A stretch of 64,000 bases of DNA from an uncultured Chloroflexia bacterium (GTDB lineage: Bacteria > Chloroflexota > Limnocylindria > Limnocylindrales > CSP1-4), in contig CAVQCV010000005.1 in assembly GCA_963711105.1 (NCBI GenBank), positions 262,415 through 326,414 on the forward strand, written 5' to 3'. A model generated the notes under the pieces. The model had not been told where the DNA came from. It did no database searches and saw nothing but the letters and a program-made list of their open reading frames with translations. Positions 30,100 through 39,687 of the stretch are shown here, one piece after another; within the stretch, counting starts at the first letter, position 1, and every line of letters begins with the position of its first letter. The position numbers and the translations under genes are program-made.

Positions 30100-30176
30100 G
30101 GAACCGCGGCGTCACCAGACCGCCACGTTGAGGACACCTTCTCGCTACCGACCGTAACGCGTTCGCTACTTACGCT
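30100..30176 (+). promoter_or_regulatory. amtB2 promoter: five 11-bp-phased GnnAC repeats and -10 TACGCT
   Basis: GGAAC 30100, GTCAC 30111, GCCAC 30122, GACAC 30133, GCTAC 30144; -10 at 30171. Confidence 0.65.
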
Positions 30177-30238
30177 TGCCCGCGGCCCCGTTTCGGAATG
30201 CGGCGGCCGTCGGCTGGGGCAAGAAGGGAGTCTCCAAC

Positions 30239-31462
30239 GTGGGTATCGGTGCGGGCGACACCGGCTGGGTTCTAACGTCAACTGCGCTCGTCATGCTGAT
30301 GACGCCCGGGCTGGCCCTGTTCTACGGTGGCCTCGTCCGCCGCAAGAACGTGCTCAGCATCCTCATGCAGTGCATGTTCGTTCTGGCGCTGGTGAGCGTG
30401 ACCTGGGTTCTGGTCGGCTATACGCTTGCCTTTGGCACGGACCTCAACGGCTGGGGCTTGATCGGCAACCTGGACAACCTCGGCCTGCGCGACATCGGCG
30501 TCGATCCCGGCCCGTATGCCGCGACGATCCCATCCGCAGCGTTCGCGCTGTTCCAGATGATGTTCGCCATCATCACCCCCGCCCTGATCATCGGCGCCTT
30601 CGCCGAGCGCAAGAAGTTCAAGGCGTTCGTGCTGTTCGCGCTGGTGTGGAGCCTGGTCGTCTATTCGCCGATCTGCCATTGGGTCTGGGGCGACAACGGC
30701 TGGCTTCGCAACATGGGCGTCCTTGACTTCGCGGGCGGCACCGTCGTCCATATCAGCTCCGGCGTGGCGGCCCTGGTGGCGGCGCTCGTACTGGGTCCTC
30801 GAGTCCGGGTCGAGTCGGAGCGCTTCGAGCCGCACGACGTCCGGCTGACCGTCATCGGCGCCGGCATCCTGTGGTTCGGCTGGTTCGGCTTCAACGGCGG
30901 ATCGGCTTTGGCCGCCGACGGGCTGGCCGTCAACGCCGTTCTGGTGACCAACACCGCCGCCGGCATGGGCGCTCTGACGTGGATGACCATGAGCTGGCTG
31001 CACAAGGGTTCGCCCAGCGTCATCGGCGCGGTCTCGGGCGCGATCGCAGGTGAGGTCGGCATCACCCCGGCTTCGGGCTTCGTCGATCCGATGTCGGCCA
31101 TCGTCATCGGCTTCCTCGCCGGTGCCATCTGCTACGGCGCGATCCTGCTGCGGGAACGGCTCTCGATCGACGACGCCCTCGACGTCTGGGCCGTCCACGG
31201 CGTCGGCGGCACGCTCGGCATCCTCCTGACCGGCGTACTGGCCACGACCGCCGTCAATAGCGTCGGCCATGGTTGGATCGACGGCAACTTCGGCCAGGTC
31301 GGCACGCAGATCGTGGCCATCGTGGCAGTCTGGGTCTACAGCGCCGTCGCGACCTTCGCGATCCTCAAGCTGATCGACGCCACCGTCGGGCTTCGAGTGG
31401 ACGCGGACGAGGAAGAAGCCGGCCTCGACGCGACGCAGCACGGCGAGACCGTTGCGGCCTGA
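30239..31462 (+). CDS. amtB: Ammonium transporter (copy 2)
   Basis: Same Amt motifs; close paralogue of copy 1; GTG follows AAGGGAG. Confidence 0.96.
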   Translation: MGIGAGDTGWVLTSTALVMLMTPGLALFYGGLVRRKNVLSILMQCMFVLALVSVTWVLVGYTLAFGTDLNGWGLIGNLDNLGLRDIGVDPGPYAATIPSAAFALFQMMFAIITPALIIGAFAERKKFKAFVLFALVWSLVVYSPICHWVWGDNGWLRNMGVLDFAGGTVVHISSGVAALVAALVLGPRVRVESERFEPHDVRLTVIGAGILWFGWFGFNGGSALAADGLAVNAVLVTNTAAGMGALTWMTMSWLHKGSPSVIGAVSGAIAGEVGITPASGFVDPMSAIVIGFLAGAICYGAILLRERLSIDDALDVWAVHGVGGTLGILLTGVLATTAVNSVGHGWIDGNFGQVGTQIVAIVAVWVYSAVATFAILKLIDATVGLRVDADEEEAGLDATQHGETVAA

Positions 31463-31637
31463 AGCCGAACAGGGGCGGCCCGTGGGCGCGAAACGGTTGC
31501 TGGCCCGGACGCCCGGCGTCACCTCGCAAGGAATAGAGCCCGGCAAGCCTTCTGCCGGGCCCATTTCCCGCCCGGAGCGCCATTGCGACGCTCGTCCCGG
31601 CGCGATTGACGGGGGCGGAGCCGGCTAAAAGGCCGCC

Positions 31638-31725
31638 GCAACCAATTGGCAACCGTCGCAGAACCGGACCGCTACCCAACGTCCACTGTTCGGGTACTGA
31701 ATACCGCCGAAGCCTTTCCTAGACT
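31638..31725 (+). promoter_or_regulatory. Promoter with six 11-bp-phased nnnAC repeats and -10 TAGACT
   Basis: GCAAC 31638, GCAAC 31649, AGAAC 31660, GCTAC 31671, TCCAC 31682, GGTAC 31693; -10 at 31720. Confidence 0.65.
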
Positions 31726-31779
31726 GACCGCAGTTGATCGGAAAGCCGATCCAAGAGCTCAGCCGAAGGAGCAAATGAC

Positions 31780-31863
31780 ATGATCGCCGCCGCAGCCTTC
31801 CTCAGCTTCGCAGTCCTGGTCGTTGCCTGGTTCATCGCCCCGTCCCGCGCAGAGGTCAAGTAG
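31780..31863 (+). CDS. 27-aa single-TM small protein MIAAAAFLSFAVLVVAWFIAPSRAEVK (not in the ORF track)
   Basis: AAGGAG RBS, own promoter array, GC3-rich codons, one hydrophobic helix. Confidence 0.65.
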   Translation: MIAAAAFLSFAVLVVAWFIAPSRAEVK

Positions 31864-32010
31864 CTACGGCGGACACTTCCGCCGGCCGGTAGGCCGGCGC
31901 GCCCGGGCCGGATTATCGGCTCCGGGCCGGGAGCCTCCTCTCAACAGGTCGACTACGCCAACTGAACACGCAGGCCCGCGGACCTTTCGGCAGGTTGCGC
32001 GGGCTTCGTG

Positions 32011-33705
32011 TTATCTGGGGTCTAAACGTCCCGGGGGCGGCGGCGCGAGGTCGACGCGAACATCCCAATCGACCGCGCCCATCAACTCGGGCCGGTGCGT
32101 GATCACGACGACCGTCCGGCCTGCCGTTGCCTGGAGCAGGTCGCACGCCAGCGCGGCCGCCGTGGGCTCGTCCAGGTGTTCCGTCGGCTCGTCGAACACG
32201 ATCAGAGGCGCCCCCGACAGCAGTGCGCGGGCCAGGGACAGCCGCTGTCGCTGGCCCGCCGAGATGAACGTGCCGCGTTCGCCGGCCAGCGTAGCCGGCC
32301 CCTGCGGGAGCGTCTCGATCCAGGCACTCAGCTGGGCGGCGGCCAGAGCCGCTCGGACCTCGTCGTCGCCGGCGTCCGGACGCGCCAGGCGGACGTTCTC
32401 CAGGATCGAAGTGTCGAAGATGTGGGGCTCCTGCTCGCACAGGCAGATGACCGTCCTGACGTCGGCTCCGGCCAGGGCGGCCAGCTCGACGGACCGCTCG
32501 GTGCCGACCAGCTCGACCGAACCGGCGGACGGGTCGAGGAAGCGAACCAGCACGGCGGCGAACGTGCTCTTGCCCGAGCCGCTGGGACCGGTGACCAGGA
32601 GCCGGCGGCCGGCCTCGAGCCGGAAGTCGGGCATCGCCAGGGCTTCGGGGAGGTCGCGGCCGTAACGCGCCCGCAAACCGCGGCAGGACAGCCCGTAGGG
32701 TCCGCCCGGAAGCGTTTCTGGCGCCTCCGGTTCGTGGACCGGGTCGGGGCGGGACGTCACGTCCGCCACGCGATTGGCCATGGCCGCCAGGCCCGGCAGG
32801 TGCTGGGCCGCGGGCACGAGGCCCGAGATGGCCTCGTGGACGGCGATGGGCGTCAGAACGACAACGGCCAGCAGGTGTCCCTCCAGGGTGCCGGCCATGA
32901 CGGCGGCAATGCCGGCCACCAGGCACAGCCACACGGCGGCGCCGCCGGCGAGGGTCGAAAGCAGGGCCGAGACGCCCGCTCCGGCGGCCGTGCGGCCTTC
33001 GGCGGTCGCCAGGCGCCGGTCGAGCCGTCCCAGGTCGGCCAGCCTCGTTTCCGTTGCGCCGGCCACTGCCAGTTCGGGCGCGCCGGTCAGTACCTCTAGG
33101 GTCGCGGCCGCCAGATCTCCCCGGGCTCCGGCGGTCTCGCTCTCGCCGCGCCGGGCGACGAAGGCGGCCACGGTCGGAACGGCGAACGCGGCCACGGCCA
33201 CGCTGATTCCCAGGGCGAGCCCCGCGGCCGGCGCGAGGTAGGCGATGCCGGCGACCGCAACGGAGGCCACCACGGCGGCCGACAGGTAGGGGAGGAGCAA
33301 CCGCAGCCAGAGGTCGGCCAGACCGTCGATGTCGTCCACCAGACGTGCCAGGAGGTCGCCCGAGCGCAGCTCGGACAGGCCGGCCGGCGCCAGCCGGACG
33401 AGGCGGGCGTAGGCGTGGGAGCGCAGCCGGGCCAGGACCCGGAACGCGGCGTCGTGAGCGCCGAGGCGTTCGAGGTAGCGGAAGGCGCCCCGGCTGACGC
33501 CGAAGAAGCGGACCATGGTGACCGCGACCATCAAGTCCAGGACCGGCGGTTGCTGGGCCGCCCGCGAGATCAGCCAGGCGGCGGTCGCGGTCAGACCGAT
33601 CGAGGCCCCGGAGGCCGCCGCTCCGGCGATGACGGCCAGGGCCAGGCGACCGGCCACGGGCCGTCCCTGGCGGGTGGTTCGGAGCAGGACGGAGACGCCG
33701 CTCAT
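32011..33705 (-). CDS. cydC: Thiol reductant/heme ABC exporter CydC
   Basis: [28 protein letters not shown] and DEPTEHLD. Confidence 0.93.
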   Translation of the reverse strand: MSGVSVLLRTTRQGRPVAGRLALAVIAGAAASGASIGLTATAAWLISRAAQQPPVLDLMVAVTMVRFFGVSRGAFRYLERLGAHDAAFRVLARLRSHAYARLVRLAPAGLSELRSGDLLARLVDDIDGLADLWLRLLLPYLSAAVVASVAVAGIAYLAPAAGLALGISVAVAAFAVPTVAAFVARRGESETAGARGDLAAATLEVLTGAPELAVAGATETRLADLGRLDRRLATAEGRTAAGAGVSALLSTLAGGAAVWLCLVAGIAAVMAGTLEGHLLAVVVLTPIAVHEAISGLVPAAQHLPGLAAMANRVADVTSRPDPVHEPEAPETLPGGPYGLSCRGLRARYGRDLPEALAMPDFRLEAGRRLLVTGPSGSGKSTFAAVLVRFLDPSAGSVELVGTERSVELAALAGADVRTVICLCEQEPHIFDTSILENVRLARPDAGDDEVRAALAAAQLSAWIETLPQGPATLAGERGTFISAGQRQRLSLARALLSGAPLIVFDEPTEHLDEPTAAALACDLLQATAGRTVVVITHRPELMGAVDWDVRVDLAPPPPGRLDPR

Positions 33706-35435
33706 GGCCGGTCCTCGCCCGCGATCGAATGCGTGTCGACCGGCCGGGCCGGGCCCGCCGCGCCACCTCGAACACCGCCCCGGGCGCCTTCCCGAGACGC
33801 CACGGTCACGACCAGATCGGCGATCGCCAGCGCGGCCGGCCTGTGCGCCACCAGCACGACCGTGCGCCTGCTGGCGTGAGCCTCGGCCCGGACGGCATTC
33901 AAGACGGTGGCTTCGGACGCTTCGTCCAACCCAGCCGTGGGCTCGTCGAGCAGGATGATCTCGCTGCGCCGCAGCAAGGCCCGGGCGACGCCGATCCGGC
34001 GCCGCTGGCCGGCCGAGACCCCCACGCCGCCCTCGCCGAGCATCGTGCCCGGGTCCATGCCGGCCAACCCCACGACCGCCAGAGCCGCGGCCACGTCCTT
34101 GTCAGTTGCGTCGGGCGCGGCCAGGCGAACGTTGTCGGCCACCGTGCCGGGGAAGCAGAACGGATGCTGGGGCACCCAGGCTACATGGCGGTGCCACTCC
34201 TCGCGGTCGAGAGCCGCAATCTCGACGCATGGTCCGGTTGCCGGGGCCAGCTCGACGCGGCCCTCATCGGCCGGCCGCAGGCCCAGCAGCACGTCGAGGA
34301 GCGTGCTCTTGCCGGCGCCGCTCGGTCCCGACAGGGCCACGATCTCGCCGGGCTTGATCACGGCGGAGGTCAGGTGCGGGGCCTCCAGGTCGCGGCCGGG
34401 CTGGCTGACGCTCACGCCCGTCAAGCGTATCTCGGCGCCGCGCAGGTCGGGGACGGCGACGTCGCCGCCGGGCCCGGGAGCCGGCCGCTCGATGATCCGG
34501 AAGGCGGCCTCCGCGGCGGCCAGGCCCTCCTCCGAGGCGTGGAAGCGCGCCCCGAGCTGGCGCATCGGCAGGTACGCCTCGGGCGCGAGCACCAGTGCGA
34601 ACAGGCCCGTCCGCAAGTCGAGCGAGCCGTTGTCGAGGCGAAGGCCGATCCCGACGGCCACCAGGGCGACCGAGAGGGTTGCGGCCAATTCCAGGGCGAA
34701 CGCGGACAGGAAGGCGACGGTTAGTGTGGCCATGCTTTCGCGGCGGTAGTCGTCCGTGACCCGCTCGAGACGGGCGACCTGGGCTTCGGCTCGACCGAAG
34801 ACCCGCAGCGTCGGCAGGCCGCCGACGACGTCCAGGAAGTGGTGGGACAGGCGCGTCAGGGCGTCCCAGCGCCGCTTCCGCCGCCGTACCGTGGCCGAGC
34901 CGATCAGGGCCATGAATATCGGGATGAGAGGCAGCGTCAGGAGGACGGTCAATCCGGCTACGAAGTCGATGCTGACCAGGCAGGCGATCACCACCAGCGG
35001 CACGATGGCCGACAGGGCGACCTGGGGCAAGTAGCGGCCGAAGTAGGCATCCAGAGAGTCCAGGCCGCGCGTGGCCAGGATCACGATCTCGCCGCTCCCG
35101 GCAGCATCGGGATTGCCGGGCGAAGGGGTGGCGGCCGCCCGCAGCAGCTTCATGCGCAGGGTGGACTTGACGGACGCCGAGCAGCGCAGCGCCACCCACT
35201 CCTGGCCCCACGCGACCGCACTGCGCAGCAGCAGGACCGCGGCCAGGCCGGTGAGGGCTCCGCCCAGGGTCGCGAAACCGGCGCCTTCGAGGAAGGCGCC
35301 GGAGATGGCGGTCGCGAGCAGCGCGGCCTGGCCGATCGCCAGGAGAGCCGTGACACAACCGAGCGCGACCGCGGCCACCAGGGCGATCGCGGTCGCGCGC
35401 GCGTAACGAATGAGCCGAGGGTCGATGGCCCTCAG
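33702..35435 (-). CDS. cydD: Thiol reductant/heme ABC exporter CydD (CTG start inferred)
   Basis: IDPRL.RY, YFGRYLPQ, TLPLIPIFMALIG, LAPEAYLPMR.LG..FHAS and GPSGAGKST. Confidence 0.92.
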   Translation of the reverse strand: MRAIDPRLIRYARATAIALVAAVALGCVTALLAIGQAALLATAISGAFLEGAGFATLGGALTGLAAVLLLRSAVAWGQEWVALRCSASVKSTLRMKLLRAAATPSPGNPDAAGSGEIVILATRGLDSLDAYFGRYLPQVALSAIVPLVVIACLVSIDFVAGLTVLLTLPLIPIFMALIGSATVRRRKRRWDALTRLSHHFLDVVGGLPTLRVFGRAEAQVARLERVTDDYRRESMATLTVAFLSAFALELAATLSVALVAVGIGLRLDNGSLDLRTGLFALVLAPEAYLPMRQLGARFHASEEGLAAAEAAFRIIERPAPGPGGDVAVPDLRGAEIRLTGVSVSQPGRDLEAPHLTSAVIKPGEIVALSGPSGAGKSTLLDVLLGLRPADEGRVELAPATGPCVEIAALDREEWHRHVAWVPQHPFCFPGTVADNVRLAAPDATDKDVAAALAVVGLAGMDPGTMLGEGGVGVSAGQRRRIGVARALLRRSEIILLDEPTAGLDEASEATVLNAVRAEAHASRRTVVLVAHRPAALAIADLVVTVASREGARGGVRGGAAGPARPVDTHSIAGEDRP

Positions 35436-35473
35436 TGGGTTCTCTCCAGTTCCAGCTCGGGCGCGGGCGGGGC

Positions 35474-36484
35474 TCAGGCCCTGCCGGCGGATCCTTCGGC
35501 GACCCGGGGCGAGGTGACTCGCTTGCGGAACACCCAGTAGGTCCAACCCTGGTAGATCAGGACGATCGGGGTGAAGATCACGGCGACCACGGTCATGATC
35601 TGCAGGGTCAGGTCGGTTGAAGATGCGTTCGTCACCGTCAGGCTGAAGGCCGGGTCGGTCGAGGACGGCATCACGTTCGGGTAGAGGTTGGCGAACAGGG
35701 CGGCCACCGCGACCACGAGCGTGATGCCCGTGGCGATGAAGGCCCAGCCTTCGCGCTTGATCCGGTTCGCCCCCAGGGCGGCGAGGAGCGCCACGGCCGC
35801 GACGGCCGCCAGGGCGACGGACCCGGTCACGGTACGCGTGGCCTCGGTCCAGCCCAGGAAGGCGACGGCCGCCACCGCTGCGACCAGGCCGATCGGTAGC
35901 ATGATCGCGTTGGCTCTGGCCCGCAGCTCGCCTTCGGTCTTGAGGGCCAGGTAGGCCGCGCCGTGGGTCATGAAGAGCGTCAGCGTCACCACCCCGCCGA
36001 GTAGCCCGAAGGGGTTGAGCAGCGTCAGCAGGTTGCCGGTAAAGTTGCCGTCCTTGTCGATCGGCACGCCGGCGACGATGTTGGCGAAGGCCACGCCCCA
36101 CAGCAGAGCGGGCACGGCCGAACCGAGGAAAATGAGCCCGTCCCAGGTCCGTCGCCAGGTTGCGCCATCGCGCTTGCTCCTGTACTCGAAGCCGGCGATG
36201 CGGACGATGAGCGCCACCAGGATCAGGAACAGGGCCAGGTAGAAGCCGCTGAACAGCGTCGCGTACCAGTAAGGGAACGCGGCGAAGGTCGCTCCACCGG
36301 CTACGAGCAGCCAGACCTCGTTGCCGTCCCACACGGGACCGATGGTGCTGAGGAGCGCCCGTCGCTCGGAGTCGTTGCGGCCGAGCAGCGGCGCCAGAAT
36401 GCCGACCCCGAAGTCGAAGCCCTCGAGGACGAAGTAGCCCATCCAGAGGACGGCGATGAGCAGGAACCAGATGTCGTGCAACAT
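35474..36484 (-). CDS. cydB: Cytochrome bd oxidase subunit II
   Basis: LEGFDFGVG, IGPVWDGNEVW and YQGWTYWVFRKR. Confidence 0.96.
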   Translation of the reverse strand: MLHDIWFLLIAVLWMGYFVLEGFDFGVGILAPLLGRNDSERRALLSTIGPVWDGNEVWLLVAGGATFAAFPYWYATLFSGFYLALFLILVALIVRIAGFEYRSKRDGATWRRTWDGLIFLGSAVPALLWGVAFANIVAGVPIDKDGNFTGNLLTLLNPFGLLGGVVTLTLFMTHGAAYLALKTEGELRARANAIMLPIGLVAAVAAVAFLGWTEATRTVTGSVALAAVAAVALLAALGANRIKREGWAFIATGITLVVAVAALFANLYPNVMPSSTDPAFSLTVTNASSTDLTLQIMTVVAVIFTPIVLIYQGWTYWVFRKRVTSPRVAEGSAGRA

Positions 36485-36493
36485 GGCCGCCTC

Positions 36494-37897
36494 CTAGTAG
36501 GAAAACGCTGCGGGCATTTCGGCCGACAACTCACCTTCGCCGGCGCCGGTCTCGGGCAGTCCGGCCCGGATCCGCTTGGTCAGCAGGCCGACCTCGACGA
36601 CCGCCAGAACGCCGTAGAGCAGCGTGAACGAGATGAGCGTGATGGCTACCTCGAGCACTCCCACGTTCGGCGAGACTCCCTGCGAGGTCAGTTGTTGACC
36701 GGTCACGATCCAGGGCTGGCGGCCCATCTCGGTGAAGATCCAGGCGAACGAGTTGGCGGCGAGGGGCAGGAGCGGCAGTGACGCCGCGATCCAGACCGCG
36801 CCGCGTTTGGGCATCCTGCCCTTGCGCATCTTGAACAGGAACCAGAGGGCCGCAAGGGCGGCCAGGCCGCCGGCTCCAATCATGAACCGGAAGCCCCAGA
36901 AGGTGACCGGCACGATGGGCGAGTAGTCGACGTTGCCGTACTGCGGGTACATCGCCTGGTACTGGGCCTGCAGGTCGTTGATGCCCTGGACCTTACCGTT
37001 GAGGTCGCCCGTGGCGAGGAACGACAGCATGTTCGGGACCTTGATCGAGATCAGCTCCTTGCCGTCCGTGCCCCAGATCGTGAAGAGCGAAAGGGGCGCC
37101 GGCTGGCTGGTGTCGTACAGGCCTTCCATCGAGGCCAGCTTCATCGGCTGATCGACGGCCAGGCCCTTGCCGAGCTGGTCGCCGGTCCCGAGAACGCCCA
37201 GGCCGCCGATGAGGAGGACGACCGCACCGACCTTCGCGGCCGTGCGGAAGGGGGCCACGTCCTGGTCGGGACGGCGCACCAGGCGCCACATCGCGACGCC
37301 CATGACGAAGGCGCCGCCGGTCATGAGGGCGCCGGCCAGCACGTGCTGGAAGGCCCAGATCACTGTCGGATTGGTCAGAACCGCAATGAAGTCCGTGAGT
37401 TCGGCCCGGCCGCTCGTCGGGTTGATCTTGAATCCGACAGGGTGCTGCATCCAGGAGTTGGCGGCCAGGATGAAGTACGCGGACAGGACCGTGCCTATGG
37501 CCGCGATCCATATCGTGGCCAGATGAGCGAGCTTCGGTAACCGGCCCCAGCCGAATATCCAGAGGCCCAGGAAGGTCGACTCGAGGAAGAACGCGAGCAG
37601 GCCCTCGATGGCCAGGGGCGCCCCGAAGATGTCGCCCACGAACCGGCTGTAGTTGCCCCAGTTCATGCCGAACTGGAACTCCTGCACGATGCCGGTAGCC
37701 ACGCCCATGGCGAAGTTGATCAGGAACAGCTCGCCGAAGAACCGCGTCAGCTTCAGGTACTTCTCGTTGCCGCCCCGGACCCAGGCGGTCTGAAAACCCG
37801 CCACGAAGAAGGCCAGCGAGATTGTCAGCGGGACGAACAGGAAGTGGTAGACCGTCGTGATCCCAAACTGCCACCGCGCCAGATCAAGTGGGCTCAT
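36494..37897 (-). CDS. cydA: Cytochrome bd oxidase subunit I
   Basis: ARWQF....YHFLF, QEFQFG, QPMKLASMEG and EMGRQPW. Confidence 0.97.
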   Translation of the reverse strand: MSPLDLARWQFGITTVYHFLFVPLTISLAFFVAGFQTAWVRGGNEKYLKLTRFFGELFLINFAMGVATGIVQEFQFGMNWGNYSRFVGDIFGAPLAIEGLLAFFLESTFLGLWIFGWGRLPKLAHLATIWIAAIGTVLSAYFILAANSWMQHPVGFKINPTSGRAELTDFIAVLTNPTVIWAFQHVLAGALMTGGAFVMGVAMWRLVRRPDQDVAPFRTAAKVGAVVLLIGGLGVLGTGDQLGKGLAVDQPMKLASMEGLYDTSQPAPLSLFTIWGTDGKELISIKVPNMLSFLATGDLNGKVQGINDLQAQYQAMYPQYGNVDYSPIVPVTFWGFRFMIGAGGLAALAALWFLFKMRKGRMPKRGAVWIAASLPLLPLAANSFAWIFTEMGRQPWIVTGQQLTSQGVSPNVGVLEVAITLISFTLLYGVLAVVEVGLLTKRIRAGLPETGAGEGELSAEMPAAFSY

Positions 37898-38094
37898 GGA
37901 CGCCTCCCATCTGTACTCCTTGTGCCTCCTGCCGATGCTCAGCCCGGGCGGGCCCCGTGCGGACCGCGATCCCGGTCTCCCAAACTGCCGGCCACCCCGC
38001 CGGCAGCGCCGTGTCGATTGAGACTAGCGCGGATACGCGCCCGATCATGGTGACGATTTACCAGTCCAGCCGCACGAGAGGACCGACTGGCGAG

Positions 38095-38811
38095 TCAGAC
38101 CAGCCCCCGGCGCATGCCTTCCAGGACCATCGCAAGTCTGTTTCGGGCGCCGAGTTTGTGCTGGATCGTGGTGCTGTGATTGCGCACCGTGAACGGGCTT
38201 ATGCGCAGCTCGGCGGCGATCGCATCCGGCTCTTCGCCGCGCGCGAACAGGCGCAAGACTTCGAGTTCACGGCGGGTCAGGGCCTCGGCGGTCGGGGCGT
38301 CTTCGTCCCGCTCCACCTCGGAAGGGCGGCAGGGTGGGCGTTCGTCCGATTCGCGCAGCATGTGGATGACCCTGAAGGCGCCGCGGGGGCCCTTGACGAC
38401 GAGGACGTTGCTGGTCAGGTAGCGCGGTTCGCCGTCGCTGGCCTGGGCCAGGACGTCGTACGCGGCCGTGCCCCGGCCGCGGCGGGCATTCCGGGTCACC
38501 GGGCAGCTGGTGGTGCATACGGGGTGCCCCTCGGGGTGGCGGCCCAGGACGACCTCGTAGCACAGCTGTCCGATGGCCTGATCGGCCGTATAGCCGAGCA
38601 GGCGTTGGGCGGCCGGCGACCAGGCCCTGATGCGCTGGCGCTCATCGGTGACGAAGAGCCCGTCGCGGGAAGCGATCTGCCCCAGCCAATCCGTGTCGAT
38701 GAAGGCCGTGTCGTCGGCCGGCTCGGTGCCGCCCGGGTTGAGGCGGCCCTCCCGCTCCGGCGGTGCGGCGGTCCCGGATGCCCTGGATGGGTCTGCGGTT
38801 GCTTCGGTCAT
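38095..38811 (-). CDS. PAS-LuxR (HTH) transcriptional regulator with a Cys-rich PAS domain
   Basis: PAS segment WSPAAQRLLGY..QAIG.LCY...C..SCP; LTRRELEVL...IAAEL.IS..TVRNH. Confidence 0.85.
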   Translation of the reverse strand: MTEATADPSRASGTAAPPEREGRLNPGGTEPADDTAFIDTDWLGQIASRDGLFVTDERQRIRAWSPAAQRLLGYTADQAIGQLCYEVVLGRHPEGHPVCTTSCPVTRNARRGRGTAAYDVLAQASDGEPRYLTSNVLVVKGPRGAFRVIHMLRESDERPPCRPSEVERDEDAPTAEALTRRELEVLRLFARGEEPDAIAAELRISPFTVRNHSTTIQHKLGARNRLAMVLEGMRRGLV

Positions 38812-38855
38812 GGGCTCAGGCTCCGCAGCGGACTCCAGCTGGTGAGCGCCGGTGC

Positions 38856-39566
38856 TTAGGGTGCTTCTTCCAGCCGGTAGCCGACGCCGCGTACGGACTC
38901 GGGAACCGGCGCGCCGGATTCTTCGAGCTTGGAGCGCAAGCGGGCCAGATGGGGCTTGAGCCACTGGGGGTCCGGGTTCGGCTCGCCGGGCCAGCCGGCA
39001 GCCAGAAGCGAGCTGTGCGAAACCACGTGACCGGCCGCCGCGACCAGGGACGCGAGCAGGCTGTACTCCGTCCGCGTCAGGATCAGGTCCTTGTCGGCGG
39101 CCGTGGCCGTGTGCCGCCCGCGGTCCAGGACGATGGTGCCCCAGCGCAGCTCCCCGGCGCCTCGCGGCTCGAGGTCGGCCCCGCGCCGGCGCATCACGGC
39201 CCTGATCCGGGCCAGCAGCTCCTGCTTGCCGAAAGGCTTGACGACGTAGTCGTCAGCTCCGGTGTCGAGGGCCTCGACCTTGGCACGCTCGTCGGCCTCG
39301 CCGGTGAGAACGATGATCGGCGTCTGCGACATCCGGCGGATCGCGCGGCAGACCTCGACGCCATCCAGCCCTGGCATGGCGAGATCCAGCAGGACGAGAT
39401 CCGGACGCTCCTCACTGAAGCGGCGAAGCGCCGAGTTCCCGTCATAGGCCGTCACCACCCGGTGCCCGGCCCGACCCACCAGCGCCGATACCGCCCCAAC
39501 CATCGCCGGCTCGTCATCCACCACGAGTATCAGCAGGCTTTCCTGGGATTCGGGTGTCGCGCTCAA
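38856..39566 (-). CDS. OmpR/KdpE-family response regulator
   Basis: VVDDE, DLAMP, GADDYVVKPF and SVRGVGY. Confidence 0.9.
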   Translation of the reverse strand: MSATPESQESLLILVVDDEPAMVGAVSALVGRAGHRVVTAYDGNSALRRFSEERPDLVLLDLAMPGLDGVEVCRAIRRMSQTPIIVLTGEADERAKVEALDTGADDYVVKPFGKQELLARIRAVMRRRGADLEPRGAGELRWGTIVLDRGRHTATAADKDLILTRTEYSLLASLVAAAGHVVSHSSLLAAGWPGEPNPDPQWLKPHLARLRSKLEESGAPVPESVRGVGYRLEEAP

Positions 39567-39687
39567 CCTGTCGTCTCCGTTTGCGTGGCCGCGGCTGCTA
39601 CCTCGAGGACGTGGACTGGATCCCCGGCCGGGCCGCGTCAAGTGTGGCGCATCCTGGACCGGAAGGCCACCTCGCCGTGCACCTCGC

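Noticed and set aside
38048-38063. Rex operator upstream of cydA
   Set aside because: The palindrome fits TGTGAA-N4-TTCACA poorly; kept only as an unassigned palindrome.
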